A DNA stretch of 64,000 nt from Octopus sinensis (Eukaryota). Every line of letters begins with the position of its first letter. Positions within the stretch are counted from its first letter, which is position 1. Shown here in pieces: positions 26,110 through 39,291 of the stretch. Made by a program: the position numbers and the translations under genes. The stretch lies in contig NC_043008.1 of the NCBI RefSeq assembly GCF_006345805.1, forward strand, positions 63,860,001 to 63,924,000, written 5' to 3'. A model generated the notes under the pieces. It saw only the letters and a program-made list of their open reading frames with translations, ran no database searches and was not told the DNA's origin.

Positions 26110-27091
26110 CATTTCGGGGAAAAAAACCCTGTAGAACAAAAGTTTTCGTGGTGAAAAATGCAACCAATCTGTTCGGTACGGACTGGTTAGAGTTGTTTGA
26201 CTTATGGGACTTCCCCATAAGTCTGTTCTGTAAAAGAGTAAATAGCTGTTCCACCAGTGAAAAAAAAACTTAGCAGCTGAATAGAAGAAATTTAAGAACT
26301 TGTTTCCTGAAGTGCTTTTTGATAAATTAGATCTGTTCTAAAACAGGGCTGTTTCAAATAAAGAAAAACATCTTACTTGTATTCAGCCCTAATAGAAATG
26401 TAACATTTGCCGCGATAAAGTAGGTAGAGGAGGAATTAGACAGACTGGAGAAAACGGGAATTATTCAAAACGTTGATTGTTTTACGTGGGCTGCACTAAA
26501 TGTGTGTATTAGAAAAAATAGCAAAATCAGCGTGTGCCGATTTTTCTACTGGTTTGATTGGCTGCCTAAAGATATGCTACAATCCACTGCCTACTCCGGA
26601 AGATATTTTTGCAGAATTAAATGGTGGCAAAATATTTTAGAAACTAAATCTATCTGGTGCGTATCTACAAATTAAAGTAGACGAGGAATGCTCGAAGCTT
26701 CTAACAGTGAATACGCACAGAAGACTATACAAATATAATAGACTACCATTTGGTTTGAAGGTTGCACCTGCAATATTTCAACAGATTATGGATGCGATGT
26801 TGGCAGACTGTCCATTTGATTTTCCATACCTCGATGATGTATTAATTAAAAGTGAATCTTGTTATCACCATATCGAACATGTGAAATGTGTTTTTCAAAA
26901 AATAAGAGATTACGGTTTCACACTAAGTGGAGAGAAATATGAATTCTTTTTGTTTAAAATTAAATATTTCAGACAAATAATAGATAAAAATTGAAGACAA
27001 CCTGACCTATAGAGGACAGACGCAATTAGAAATATGCTTCCCCCAACTAAGATAGCGACGTTACAAGTTTTTCTTGGCCTAGCGAACTATT

Positions 27092-27142
27092 TTTTTTTCT
27101 CTAGTTTCAGCTCAAAGCTGCAGCCATGCTGATGCACCGCCG
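27092..27142 (-). mobile_element. ~50-nt 5'-truncated poly(A)-tailed retroinsertion in the RT/RH linker
   Basis: Minus strand cggcggtgcatcagcatggctgcagctttgagctgaaactagag(a)n, with a tatt duplication. Host reading ANY|YQNFIP is restored on removal. Confidence 0.65.
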
Positions 27143-29063
27143 TATTATCAAAATTTCATACCAAACATGTATGAACTGAGAGCTCCGCTTAATAATTTTC
27201 TAAAGAAAGATGCCAAAATGGAATTGGTCAAATAACTGTAAAATGATGTTTCAGGAAATTGTAAAAAATATTAATTTTGGACTTGTCGCTGGCTGATTTC
27301 GATCTTGTAGCAAAGATTGTCGTAGCTTCTGGCGCTTTTGAATACAGCGTTGGAGAAGTTTTGCTACACATATATAAAGACGGTAATGTGTAGGCAGTGG
27401 TTCTTGCCTGACATGCTCTGATTGCAGCAGAAAAAGACTACAGCCAGATAGAGAAAAAAGCTCTAGCGATTATTTTTGCCGTGAAGAAATTTCACAGATT
27501 TCTCTACGGTAGTTTTCTGCTTTAGACGGACCACCCACCGTTACTATCAATTTTCGGATCGAAGAAAAGAATTCCTATCCATACAGCTAACAAATTACAT
27601 CGCTGGGATACAATATTGTTAAATTACCACTTTAAGATTGACTGGATTCCTTCTAAGAAAATTAGCCATGCGGATTGTTTATCTAGGCTAATTCCGAAGA
27701 ATGCGCAACTGCTGTAAGTTACGGTAATAGCCGCATTACAATCAGAAAAGGAAATTTAAAAAATAAACAAAGTAAAAATGCTAGTTCTGTTATGTGTAAT
27801 GTCATTCGGGAGGTGCCAGTGACTAAACAAGATATAAAAAGTAAATCAGTGAAGGACAAATACATCACAAAAATGAAGGAAACCTTGAAAAATAAGGAAA
27901 AAAGAAACATGAATGCGAACCATTTTTCACTCTGCAACGATGTATTAATGTACGCGCAAAGAGTAATAGTACTAACTGCACTACAGAAACGGATTTTACA
28001 TGAATTTCATAATGGACGCCCGGAGATGTCAAGAATGAAAGCTTTGATGAAGAGTTACGTGTATTGGCTGACAATGGACAAAGACATTGAAAATTGGGTA
28101 AAATTATATAGAGGTTGTGCGCTAGCAGCCAAAACGCCACAGGTGAAGTACCAATCGTGGTCTGAGATGAATCGTCTGTGGTCCAGGGTACATATAGACT
28201 ACGCTGGACCAGTGAATGGCGCTTACTATTTGATCCTTGTTGATAGCTTTACCAAGTGACCGGAAGCGTGTAGGTGCAGTCAACCAACCTTGAAGGAACA
28301 ATAAAGTTCCTGCACGAACTTTTTGCTCGATACGGAGTTACGGAAACCATAGTATCGGACAATGGAACAAAATTTGCAGGATACGAGTTCAAGAAAATTT
28401 TCAAAATGCATGCAATCAAGCAAGCACATATTTACCCCCACCTTACCATCCGAGATCAAACGGGCAAGCAGAACGATTCGTAGATGCTTTCAAGCGAGCG
28501 CTAAAACAAAAAACAAGGAATGAGTTAGGAAATGACGAAGTGCTAACTAAATTCTGAAGGTAGTACAGAATAACGCCCAATCCAAATACCAGTTCAGGCA
28601 CGTCGCCTGCAGAGCTAATGTTCACTTGAAAGATTAAATCGATCCTCGACAAATTGCTGCCATAGGAAAAGCGTATAGAGAAAATACAAAAAATCCAACT
28701 AAACATTTTGATGTCTGAGACAAAGTTCATTTCAAAGTATACAAAAACAGCAAAGAGAGTTGGCAGGATGGTGTAGTGACTAAAAGAATTGGAAACTTGA
28801 TGTACTCAATGAAAGGTCAACGATGCGAGCATAAATGACACGTAAATCAATTAAGATCAAACATACAGAAGAAAGGAAGGATATCCCAATGGAAGTGTTT
28901 TATGACATATTCGATGTGCTAGCACCGAAAGAGACTGAGCCTAGAAGGAGCAGTAACAGATAACGTAAACAGACTGGACATTTAGAAATAATTCCTACAT
29001 TTAGAAATAATTCCCAAGGGAAGCCAAATTTCAAAAAGGGAGAGATGTCGGAAAGAAAGAAAG

Positions 29064-29105
<42 letters not shown>

Positions 29106-29159
29106 TAATAATAATAAATTTCGTTTCCTGCGAAAGTCAATATCTCAAAAGGGACAAGA

Positions 29160-29446
29160 TGTGGCGAGAGTTACGATACCTTCTGTGAGAATAAACTTGA
29201 CCGAACGACTATAAATAGTAGCGGTCTGGGTGAGAGAAAGAGAGAGAAGCGTTAATTGCAGGAAGTATTAAGGTGTTGTTTCGGTAGTTTGTCGGAATAT
29301 CGCTTGTTGGTTCGCGTATAGTTCATGGAGATTTCGCTGGATTGTTACGTTATTTTTACGTTATTTTATCTGCTCCGTTATATGTTTATTGTTACTACAC
29401 GGTTATAGTGTAAACAAGTACTGTCATAAATCGTGGTGATACTATA
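29160..29446 (+). repeat. 3' LTR
   Basis: Preceded by the purine tract aaaagggacaaga. Colinear with the 5' LTR at roughly 75-80% identity by eye. Confidence 0.85.
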
Positions 29447-29511
29447 ATAATTGGCAACGAGTAACTACATTACAATATATACGTATGCATATACGTGTGT
29501 GTGTGTTGTAT

Positions 29512-29671
29512 GTAGGAGTGGCTGTGTGGTAAGTAGCTTGCTTACGAACCACGTGGCCCCAGGTTCAGTCCCACTGCGTGGCACTTTGGGTAAGTGTCTT
29601 CTGCTATAGCCTCGGGCCGACCAAAGCCTTGTGAGTGGATTTGTTAGACGGAAACTGAAAGAAGCCTGTCG

Positions 29672-29702
<31 letters not shown>

Positions 29703-29943
29703 GCATATGCATAAATATGTATGTATGTGTGTGTGTATATGTTTGTGCGTCTGTTTGTCCCCCCAACATCACTTGACAACCAATGCTGGTGTGTTTACGT
29801 CCCCGTAATTTAGCGGTTCAACAAAAGAGACCGATAGAATAAGTACTAGGCTTACAAAGAATACGTCCTGGGGTCGATTTGCTCGACTAAATGTGGTGCT
29901 CCAGCATGGCCTCAGTCAAATGACTGAAACAAGTAAAAGAGTA
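29512..29943 (+). mobile_element. SINE family B, near full length
   Basis: ggagtggctgtgtggtaagtagcttgc head through ...gactgaaacaagtaaaagagt tail. Confidence 0.9.
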
Positions 29944-30399
29944 TGTGTGTGTGTGTGTATGTGTGTACACACACACGCGCATATACATGTATATGTATGT
30001 GCTATCTATTGATATTTCATGTTCAGGTGAAATGATTTACTTTGCTTGGAACTACTGTGTTCTGAACTATTTCCCAATGCAACATGATGAATGACTATGT
30101 ACAATAAGCTTTGTTTAATTTAGATGAATTAAGGTCGTTTGTCCAAACATGAAACCTGAATTACTGCCAAGAATCCTTCATCTTACTTTACATAACTACA
30201 CACTTCTTAGTATATGCCACATCAGTCTTGGATGGACTCCAACTCGAGAGTAAATTTCCTCCAAGCTGTACAAGATGATATTGCACATGGAAATTCTGAG
30301 ACTGTGCACAGTCCTGTGTTCTATATAAGTTCACAAACATATGTCAAGAACACTTAGCCACCAGGCTTCAAAATCGCTATTATTCTATTATTGTGGCCG

Positions 30400-30760
30400 A
30401 GTTCTCACCCGAGCAACAAATTCCACCCACCACACTTCTTGGTCCATCATCAAATCCTAGATACATTCCAAGCCACTGTCTGCAATCAAGTTGTCGATGT
30501 GTGATGACGTTATTCCTCTTCTTAGATCACCATGAACCGGGTTCCGCAAGACAATTTGAATGCTTCCAGTTCACGAGGATGCATGCAGTGACCAGATAGT
30601 TTCAGCCATCGTTGCATTATCTCCTCAGTAACCTTCAGCAGGTCTCCATAAAGGCATTCATTTGCTATATGTTGCTGCCAATTCATATTTAGGGCCATTC
30701 GTAGCATCCTTATGCAGCACCAATTTAGCTCATATAACGGATGGCATTTTATGACTGATT
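30400..30760 (-). mobile_element. RTE-type LINE 3' fragment
   Basis: MLRMALNMNWQQHIANECLYGDL...RWLKLSGHC. Confidence 0.75.
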
Positions 30761-31369
30761 TGACTGTTACAGTAAACAGCTTGATTTTGATTTGTTGGGC
30801 AATTTGGAATTCCAGACATTTTAAAAACTTTGTGACAGACTCTGTATGCTTATGCCTTTCTGATCTTGATGTCTACCTCTGAACTGCTCACTCAAAATCC
30901 CCGTGGGATTATAGAAAATAATTGTTCTGACAAGTTGATTTGTTTGATGAAAACGGTATCTTTATTTAATTGTCCAACAGATGAGTGGTAAAGATCCATA
31001 TACAGACTTGTTTCATATGTGGCAGGCATTAGAAGTGTTAAAGTCTTTACACAGAAGTCATGTGTATGTTCTGTCTAGTGATTGCCTTGGGGCTACTGTA
31101 AAGAAACAACATCCAGAGACTTAGAGCAAAGCAGATTCTACTGTAGCATGAAAGAGGTGTTGCTTTAGGTCATGAGACAACTGTAGTGCATTTCAAATTT
31201 TCCATACCTAGTTGGATGCTGGCTGTATTATTGCATTACAAATGTTAATTTGTGCTTCTAGAGGAAATATGGGAACCCAAGTAGCAGAAATAAGCAACTG
31301 TCACAGTGGGTCTTGAGAAAGTGTAAGACAACCACAGCAGAATTTTTTATAGTGATTGTGGTCTTTGTC

Positions 31370-32080
31370 TTAAAGTGGTTTATTCAGAGACCAACATCAA
31401 TGGCACACACACACACTTTAATATACACATACATACACTTTAATATACACATGCACACACAGGCAGTATGTAAGTTCTTACTCATCTCTTAACCTTTCCT
31501 AGGTGTGTGATATTTTTGAGTTTGGGTGCTCTAAAAATTAGTTATTGTGGTCAGTCTTAGAGTGGTTTATTCAGAGCTGGCAGAAACGTTAGCAAGCTGG
31601 GCGAAATTTCGTCTGCCGCTACGTTCTGAGTTCAAATTCCGCCGAGGTCGACTTGCCTTTCATCTTTTCGGGGTCGATTAAATAAGTACCAGTTAAGCAC
31701 TGGGGTCGATATAATGGACTTAATCCGTTTGTCTGTCCTTGTTTGTCTACTCTGTGGGTAGTAAAGAAATAGGTTTATTCAGGGACCAACTTCAATGGCA
31801 CACACACACACATTTTAATATACACATGCACACACAGGTAGTATGTAAGTTCTTACTCATCTCTTATCCTTTCCTATGTGTGTGATATTTTTGAGTTTGG
31901 GTGCTCTAAAAATTAGTTATTGTGGTCAGTCTTAGAGTGGTTTATTCAGGGACCAACTTCAATGGCACACACACACACATTTTAATACACACATGAACAC
32001 ACAGGTGGTATGTAAGTTCTTGCTCATTTCTTATCTTTTCCTAGTTATCTGATATTTTTGAGCTTATGTGCTCTAAAAAA
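31370..32080 (+). repeat. 167-bp tandem repeat (~3 units) interrupted by SINE C
   Basis: ggtttattcag recurs at ~31378, 31564/31772 (TSD pair) and 31939. Confidence 0.85.
31575..31771 (+). mobile_element. SINE family C with 11-bp TSD
   Basis: TSD ggtttattcag at 31564-31574 and 31772-31782. Confidence 0.9.
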
Positions 32081-32229
32081 ACAACAACATTGAACCACAC
32101 ATGCATGATGGCATCTTAACGTAGATTCACGACAGTAATTTGTCATTTAAATGTACATCCCATGATCATTATCCTGTGTTTCAATTTCCCTTGTTAGCTC
32201 TTACTGCTTTAATTTCTCATAAGAGCACT

Positions 32230-32554
32230 TAAAGACTCCGCCGGTTACGACGACGAGGGTCCCAGCTGATACGATCAACGGAACAGCTTGCTCGTGAAAT
32301 TAACGTGCAAATGGCTGAGCATTCCACAGACACGTGTACCCTTAACGTAGTTCTCGGGGATAATCAGCGTGACACAGAGAGTGACAAGGCTGACCCTTTG
32401 AAATACAAGTACAACTCATTTTTGCCAGCTGAGTGGACTGGAGCAACGTGAAATAAAGTGTCTTGCTCAAGGACACAACGCGTCGCCGGGAATCGAACTC
32501 ACAACCTTACGATCATGAGCCGAATGCCCTAACCACTAAGCCACGCGCCCTCAC
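32230..32554 (-). mobile_element. tRNA-derived CORE-like SINE (family D variant) with 12-bp TSD
   Basis: TSD cataagagcact at 32218-32229 and 32555-32566. A-box tggcttagtgg and B-box gagttcgattcc on the minus strand. Confidence 0.92.
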
Positions 32555-33029
32555 CATAAGAGCACTAAGTTACTTGGTTATACTTGTTTTCATGTATGGA
32601 AATAGTAAAAACAATTTTTTTTTTCAAAGCATTATGTTTACACAATTAAATCTAAATTTGTTTAATATTTTACATCTCCTTTCCTTCTATAACACATTTT
32701 AGCGCACAGAAACACTCAACATATAACTAATTCAATGAAGAAAAGTTTGAAAAACAGAATAATACCATCTGATTTTAAACTTCAAAAGACTGGCTTGTCA
32801 TTGACAGATGAAAAAACATGGAGAGAACTAATCTCTCATTATTTCTTATTCACTTTGTCTTTCCTCTTTCGTTACTCTATCTTCCTTTAGAATTAAAATA
32901 ATAACCAGAATATACTATGTATAAATAGTATAATGCATTGAATATCCATCAATCTACAGAGGTTATAGTACTAACGATCGACTGTATTTTTAATTTTTTA
33001 AAACTTTTTAACATTGTTTTAGTTTTAAA

Positions 33030-33420
<391 letters not shown>

Positions 33421-34519
33421 GTATGTGTGTGTGTATGTTCCTTATGCATTCCACAACCGAGTTGCTGTTTTTGACGTTTGGGGTATCGAAAAACTCAGTA
33501 CGCTTTTGGCTACCAACTAAACTATATTTTCATTCAATTGTTTGCATTACAAAAATTTAAGATTATCATTTTTCTTTTAGTCACCTATTGTAAACATCTT
33601 TTACCATCACCACCACCACCACCACAGCGACAATGACGTCACATTTTCTATATGTGTTCACATGTCCATTACGTATGTTAGGCCGATGACTGAGAAGCAT
33701 GTGTGACAGTGTTTCTGTCTGTCAGTATACATACATTTTTTGTGACGACTGACACAAACACACACACACACATATCTAAAGACAGAGATAGGCACACACG
33801 GGGACAGAGATAAGCTCCACGTATGCGTTAATATATGTGTGTTACTTTATGTATGTAATTCCCCCACTAACAGCGAAACACGTCGATATCAAAATTTTAC
33901 TTACTGCCTGGACTTCAAACAAACAACAACGTTCACTTTGAAGTACTACCAACATGAAGATTTGGTTGATTTAACATCACTCAAAATACTCGCAAATATA
34001 TCTGGAAAAAAGAAATATTATTCTGGTTATTATAACAAATTCGGAAGCTTGTCGAAGTAGAAAACCTCAGCGGCTCTTTCAATATAATTACAGAAATGTT
34101 ATTCCACTCCTTCAAACCAGTTTCAAGATAATGTTTTTTTTAACAATCCTTATATTCTTCATCACTGCGAGTATTAAAGTTGCACAACCATTTTACTGCA
34201 TTACCCAGTATTTATTCTACAGTCTATAATGTTACACAGTTCAAAAACAGCATTTTCCTTTTTATACACTTGGCTCAGCGTTCGTTTCAAAATTGTAAAA
34301 TAAATCATTTTTGCATGGAAAATTGAATTATGCCTTCCGAGTTATCTTGGACTTTCACTTTCTTCACCGCAACATCCAATCAATCGTGAATTTGATAACA
34401 TTTAGTACATGTTCCAAATGAATGTTGACTTTAGGTACTTTCTTACATTGGTGATGCATACTAACTTCTGCTAAATGGTGGCTTTCCATTTTTTATGGCA
34501 TAGCTATACTACAGAAAGT

Positions 34520-34712
34520 ATATAGGGAAAGTTTACGAAAGAAACAAAAGACGAAGACAGGTGGTGTACAAAACAAACAGATGTATTAGTATAACGCTCA
34601 GGAATAGAAAAAGTCTTTTACGTTTCGAGCCTACGCTCATCTACAGAAAGGTACACAGAAAAAGCAAGGAGAGAAAAAAATGTGTGTAGTGGCTAACGAT
34701 CTATCATGGCGA
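34520..34712 (-). mobile_element. Penelope-like tail with minimal hammerhead-type motif (34615-34650)
   Basis: Minus strand cttt-CTGTAGA-t-gagc-gtag-gctc-GAAA-cgta-aaag. Confidence 0.75.
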
Positions 34713-34844
34713 AAGTATATTTTGCAACTATATTGACTACATTCCATTTCGCTTGAACTTTGTGTGTGTTCGTTTTGTTGTTTTGAATATTATCAATTCT
34801 ATGAGTGTGTGTGTGTTTCTGCATTCGTTATGTCTATAGTAAAC

Positions 34845-35025
34845 TATGGTAAAGAGCATTTTACGCTGTTTTAATGAGCCCATATCTATGAAGTAGCGAT
34901 CCTTATGGTTGGTGATCCCATTGAAAATCATGATATTCTCATTCTCCAGTATAATCTAATTCTGTGGATTGGACAAGGCGGGTATTATTTCAATATTACT
35001 CGGATTGAACCTGTAACAGGATAGC
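34845..35025 (+). mobile_element. Helitron Rep/helicase remnant
   Basis: Frameshifted EH.RCFNEP, then EVAILMVGDPIENHDILI-LQYNLILWIGQGGYYFNI. This resembles the Helitron motif EHxRRFNAPT.EVAI..VG...LQYPLLFW.GEDGYHFNI with an internal deletion. Confidence 0.65.
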
Positions 35026-35576
35026 CAATTACAAACAAAAGGGTGTTGCCAAATGACTTCTATTTTTACCAACTGATGTTAAGACCAGAACAATCAAATC
35101 CTTTCTACTATAGGCACAAAGCTTGAAATTTCAGGGGAGGGGACCAGTCGATTACAGTGTCTCACTAGTACTTAATTTATCGACCCTGAAAGAATGAAAG
35201 ACAAACTTGACCCCAGTGACATTTGAACAGACAAAATACCGCTCAAGCATTTTGCACTGCATGCTAACAATTCTGCCAGCTAGCCGCCTTCCAGAGCAAT
35301 CAAATCAATTACACATGTCAAATAAACTTTATTTTCATTTACATATTGTCTACATTATCTCAATAACCAGCTATAGTTATTTCAAATACACTTCTCTACA
35401 ATGAACAGGTTTCATTAGAAAATGAAAATAGTTTCACAATTTCAATTTGAACCCAAATTACAAAGTTTAGCATTACGAGAATGACGATATGTGAATAATG
35501 AAAGTAATGTTTCTCCAAATTAGATGCATGTCTATTATAATAAAGAAAGCTGCTTATTATCTGTCTACCAAATGAG

Positions 35577-35800
35577 AACTGGCAGAAACGTTAGCGCCCG
35601 GGCGAAATGCTTAGTGGCATTTCGTCTGCCGTTACGTTCTGAGCTCAAATTCCGCCGAGGTCGACTTTGCCTTTCATCCTTTCGGGGTCGATAAATTAAG
35701 TACCAGTTACGCACTGGGTCGATGTAATCAACTTAATTCCTTTGTCTGTCCTTGTTTGTCCCCTCTGTGTTTAGCCCCTTGTGGGCAGTAAAGAAATATA
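35577..35800 (+). mobile_element. SINE family C
   Basis: Matches the family consensus. Confidence 0.9.
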
Positions 35801-36120
35801 TATTTTTGAATCAACAACCCTTTTATACAGCTAAAATAACCTCAGCAACTATGGCAGGTTGCACAATTTTGAGTTCATATTTGGACAATATTTTGATTTG
35901 CTTCTAATGTATCACTTTCGTCAATGTTTCATACATGTGTAGAATTCTACTGAGACAAAAATTTACGAAAACGTACAAATAAATATTGTATTAAAATAAG
36001 TCACAATCAAAAACATTGTATTAAAAGACATCTATTTTTCTATATTGCATAAGGAAATACAGCCTCTCTCTCTCTCTCAAGCACAAAAAAGATGTATGCA
36101 TATGTATTTATGGGTGAAGG

Positions 36121-36360
36121 TCAAGAATATGCACTCCTGGTGTTTATGGTTAGGGTTACGCTGACATTGGGTGGTATCAGCTCCAGATAAGTAGAGATAA
36201 TGAATTCAAAAAGGTGATCAAAGTCACTATCGTTGAAAAGATCATGGGTAATTTTGAGAGCGTCTACCAAGTCAGCTGGTTGACATTGAAATTTTATTGC
36301 GTTGATGTCCTGAGAAGCAATACATTCAAGATCTGGTGACTGGCAGAGAGTGTTCATCAG
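36121..36360 (-). mobile_element. CR1/L2-type LINE ORF2 3' remnant
   Basis: KFQCQPADLVDALKITH...DHLFEF lines up with the usual KLRRLAADLVDTHKIIN...EHLFEF tail. Confidence 0.55.
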
Positions 36361-36364
36361 GCTA

Positions 36365-36560
36365 AATCATCATCAGCATTATTTAACCATTATTTAACCT
36401 CTGTTGTCCATGCTGGCATGGGTTAGACGGTTTGACCAGAGTTGGCAAGCTGGGGAGCTGCACAAGACTCCAGTCTTATTTGGCATGGTTTCTACAGCTG
36501 GATGCCCTTCCTAACACCAACCGCTTTACAAAGTGTGCTGTGTGCTTTCATGTGGAGCCT
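36365..36560 (-). mobile_element. SINE family A, older copy
   Basis: catcatca...ctacagctggatgcccttcctaacaccaacc. Confidence 0.8.
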
Positions 36561-38199
36561 TCTCAAAAATTCAAGATCATTTATAGATTATTGAATAGTT
36601 AAGTTACTGTTCAAAGAACTTACATAGATGATGCAGATTTTGCATATATGTATGCGAAATTTAAACCAAGAGCCACTGACTGAAGAAATGGGCATGGAAC
36701 ACATTTTTATGTTAGATATTTGGAGATAAGTAGAGGGTGTCTTTTAGGTAATGATACAATATGATTTGAACTCATGTAATTAGTAGTCACCTTGGCACGT
36801 TATTATGAACTTAAATATCTATTTCAGTTAATAGTAGTTTGATAACATTTAATGATTTAACTAGGAAATATTTCAATATTAATAAATGTTAAAACTTTGG
36901 AATTGTAGAATGCTTGTTATATGAGAATTTCCTTTCATCAACTCTTAACAAGCTCCAGTACTTTTGTTGAACTAATCAATAAGGTATTCTAATGAACCAT
37001 TCCATTGCAAAGATATCCTTTTAATGCATCATGTATCAAAAGAAAACTAAATTAGCAAACATTTTATCGAATCCATCTTTAAATAATTAACGTGGTTTAA
37101 CCTTACCAACTCTAACACATGTCAACCTCTGATATAGTAGATACAAGCATTCTAAATGTGATCTTTATATTATTAAAGATGTTTATTAGCTTTAATTAAT
37201 GACTTTAAGATATTTGGGTCTAAACTTATGCCCAATGATTATACAATAGATCAAAGAGGATGACTAAAATCTGAAGATAATATAATTTATCTAGGCACAT
37301 AAAGACATATATATGTGTGTATGTGTGTCTGTGTGTGTGTATCATCATCATCATCATTATAACCATCCTCATTCTCCTCTTCATCATCATTATTATCACC
37401 TTCATTATTGTCATAATCATCAACATCATCATTGTTTAACATCCACTTTTCCTTGCCAGCATGCATGTGTGTGTACATACGCACACACACACACACACAC
37501 ATTTGTACATACTCACACATATATACAAATATGTATAATTCATAACATGGCCAAATTCTCTGAATTTGATATGGTTCTAGTAATTATAATAATTCTATCT
37601 CACTTCTCGCCAAGTTATGATTAATCGTGAAATTGAGGTAATGTGAGAAATTGAAGGGAATTCTCATACTTTCAGAATATTTTCGGAAAATAAAATAAAA
37701 GGAAGCTAGTTCTTATGAAATCAGCAAAAGACGGTTGGTTGGCTTAAAGACTGACAGCCTCAGGATTAAATTGCCTTATGAATCAGTAAGTGATCCTTTC
37801 CATTAGTCATTTGATTTATTAATCTAATATTAGTAATCTAAAAAAAAAATAAAGAAAATATTTATACACACTGGTATATTTTTGTGCATGATAATTTATA
37901 AACATATTTATTTTGGATGAAGGATATTTCACAGTTGAACAAGAGAAAATTACTTTTAACACTAGAAATAAATAGGCTGCATATTTTAGTACTAAAATAT
38001 TGTGTCATAAATTCTTCATGAACAGCTTCTTCTTAGAATGTCAATAATAATCAACATTACTAAAATAACATTACATAAATTTATACTACACTTCAGAAAC
38101 GAAGGATATTATTATCCAATTCTTTTCTGTGATATTCTCCTCACATGCCTGATGTATTGGTATTGAGACCGTTTAATGCTGAGAAATAGTGACTTGACC

Positions 38200-38630
38200 T
38201 GAAAAGATTCCCTGATCTCTGAGCTATGCACCCTGTTGAGTAATTATTCTCCAAAGGCTCTTCAGACCCCAATTTTGGCAGCTTGTATTCACCAGCTTAC
38301 TCTTAGTCATTACCCAGCATTTATGACCATAGGTGAAGACAGGCATGAAAATCAAATTGAAGATAGCAAGTTTGGTTTTGTTTACCAATCTCACCTCTTT
38401 TGAGAGTTGATTGCTGGAGTTGGTACATTGCTATGCCAACAGCTGCAGTTCTTGTTTCGTATTCACCCTTCTAATTCTCATCACTTGGGAATATGGTCCT
38501 GAGATGCTTAAACTCCACTTGTCTTGGTGATGCTTCACTAATATGCAGAGTTTACAGGAAAGACTTTCTTGAGAGGACTGATGTCTCAGTCTTGCTGTGC
38601 TCAGCAGCAAACTCATTCATTTAACGTTCT
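38200..38630 (-). mobile_element. RTE-type LINE RT fragment
   Basis: VEFKHLRTIF...KTKLAIFNLIFMPVFTYGHKCWVMTK across frameshifts. Confidence 0.7.
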
Positions 38631-38904
38631 AGCTCACAAGTCTTTGGTCAGCTCAAGGCTGTACAAGAAGATACTTGCTTAAGGTGTCACAGAGTGGGCT
38701 GTACCTAGCACCATGTCGTTGAGAAGCATGCTTCTTACTAAACAGCCACGCCTATTCCTGTGTATGTGTGTGTGTGTCCCTTTTTGTATCACCTAGCTGT
38801 CTGGATGTTTTGCGTTCTTTAATTTTCAGACCTATGTTCCAAACATTTGGCCATGTCTGTATATGTATCTTCTTTTATCTTTTACTTGTTTCAGTCATTT
38901 GAAC

Positions 38905-39247
38905 CAGACAAAAATTGCTGCAGCTCGGCTGGGATTTGTTACCCCACGTTCCATATTCATCAGATATTGCTCCTTTGGATTTCCACTTATTCAGATCTCA
39001 GCAGAATAGTCTTAATGGTAAAAATTTCAATTCTTTGGATGATGTAAAAAGATACCTTGATGAATTCTTTGCAATAAAACCACCTCAGTTCTGGGAGGAG
39101 GTATTTTCAAGCTAAAGGAAAGATGGAGATGCATTGTGCAACAAAATGGTTGATATTTGGTTGATTAAAAATGTAATGGCAAGTATTTATTTATTGACCT
39201 TTTTCTTTCCTTTAAAAATTGGCATGAACTTTCCGTACAACCCAATA
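38905..39247 (+). mobile_element. mariner (DD34D) 3' fragment with right TIR
   Basis: LPHVPYSSDIAPLDFHLFRS...; TIR end tgaactttccgtacaacccaa-ta. Same family as 51042. Confidence 0.9.
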
Positions 39248-39291
39248 CTTTGGATCTATGCAAGGACCAGATTCTGCGAGAAGTGAATAAT

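Larger units (their letters stand above)
24175..28740 (+). pseudogene. gag-pol remnant (gag ~24175-24480, PR ~24650-24835 and 26118-26270, RT ~26330-27090, RH ~27290-27700, INT ~27792-28740)
   Basis: ORF-track fragments 24323, 26076, 26707, 27792 and 28274 plus manual translation across stops. Confidence 0.9.
23678..29446 (+). mobile_element. Decayed Gypsy (Mag-like) LTR retrotransposon
   Basis: Related LTRs, PBS, gag (SITEFSHDPEEGITF...LLLRKL), protease (LDSGSDISII), RT (YNRLPFGLKVAPAIFQ, YLDD), RNase H (YSQIEKKALAIIFAVKKFH) and integrase (VHIDYAGP, VSDNG) in Gypsy order, with many stops and frameshifts. Confidence 0.95.

Noticed and set aside
34865-35010. Minus-strand exon in phase with 36624-36679 and 33905-34001, interrupted by a single TAG (tempting A-to-I amber-to-Trp recoding)
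   Set aside because: The plus strand of the same bases reads as a Helitron Rep motif, which explains the open frame. The donor site is also weak.
36121-36357. Protein-like 78-aa ORF as a host exon
   Set aside because: It aligns with the usual CR1/L2 ORF2 C-terminus.
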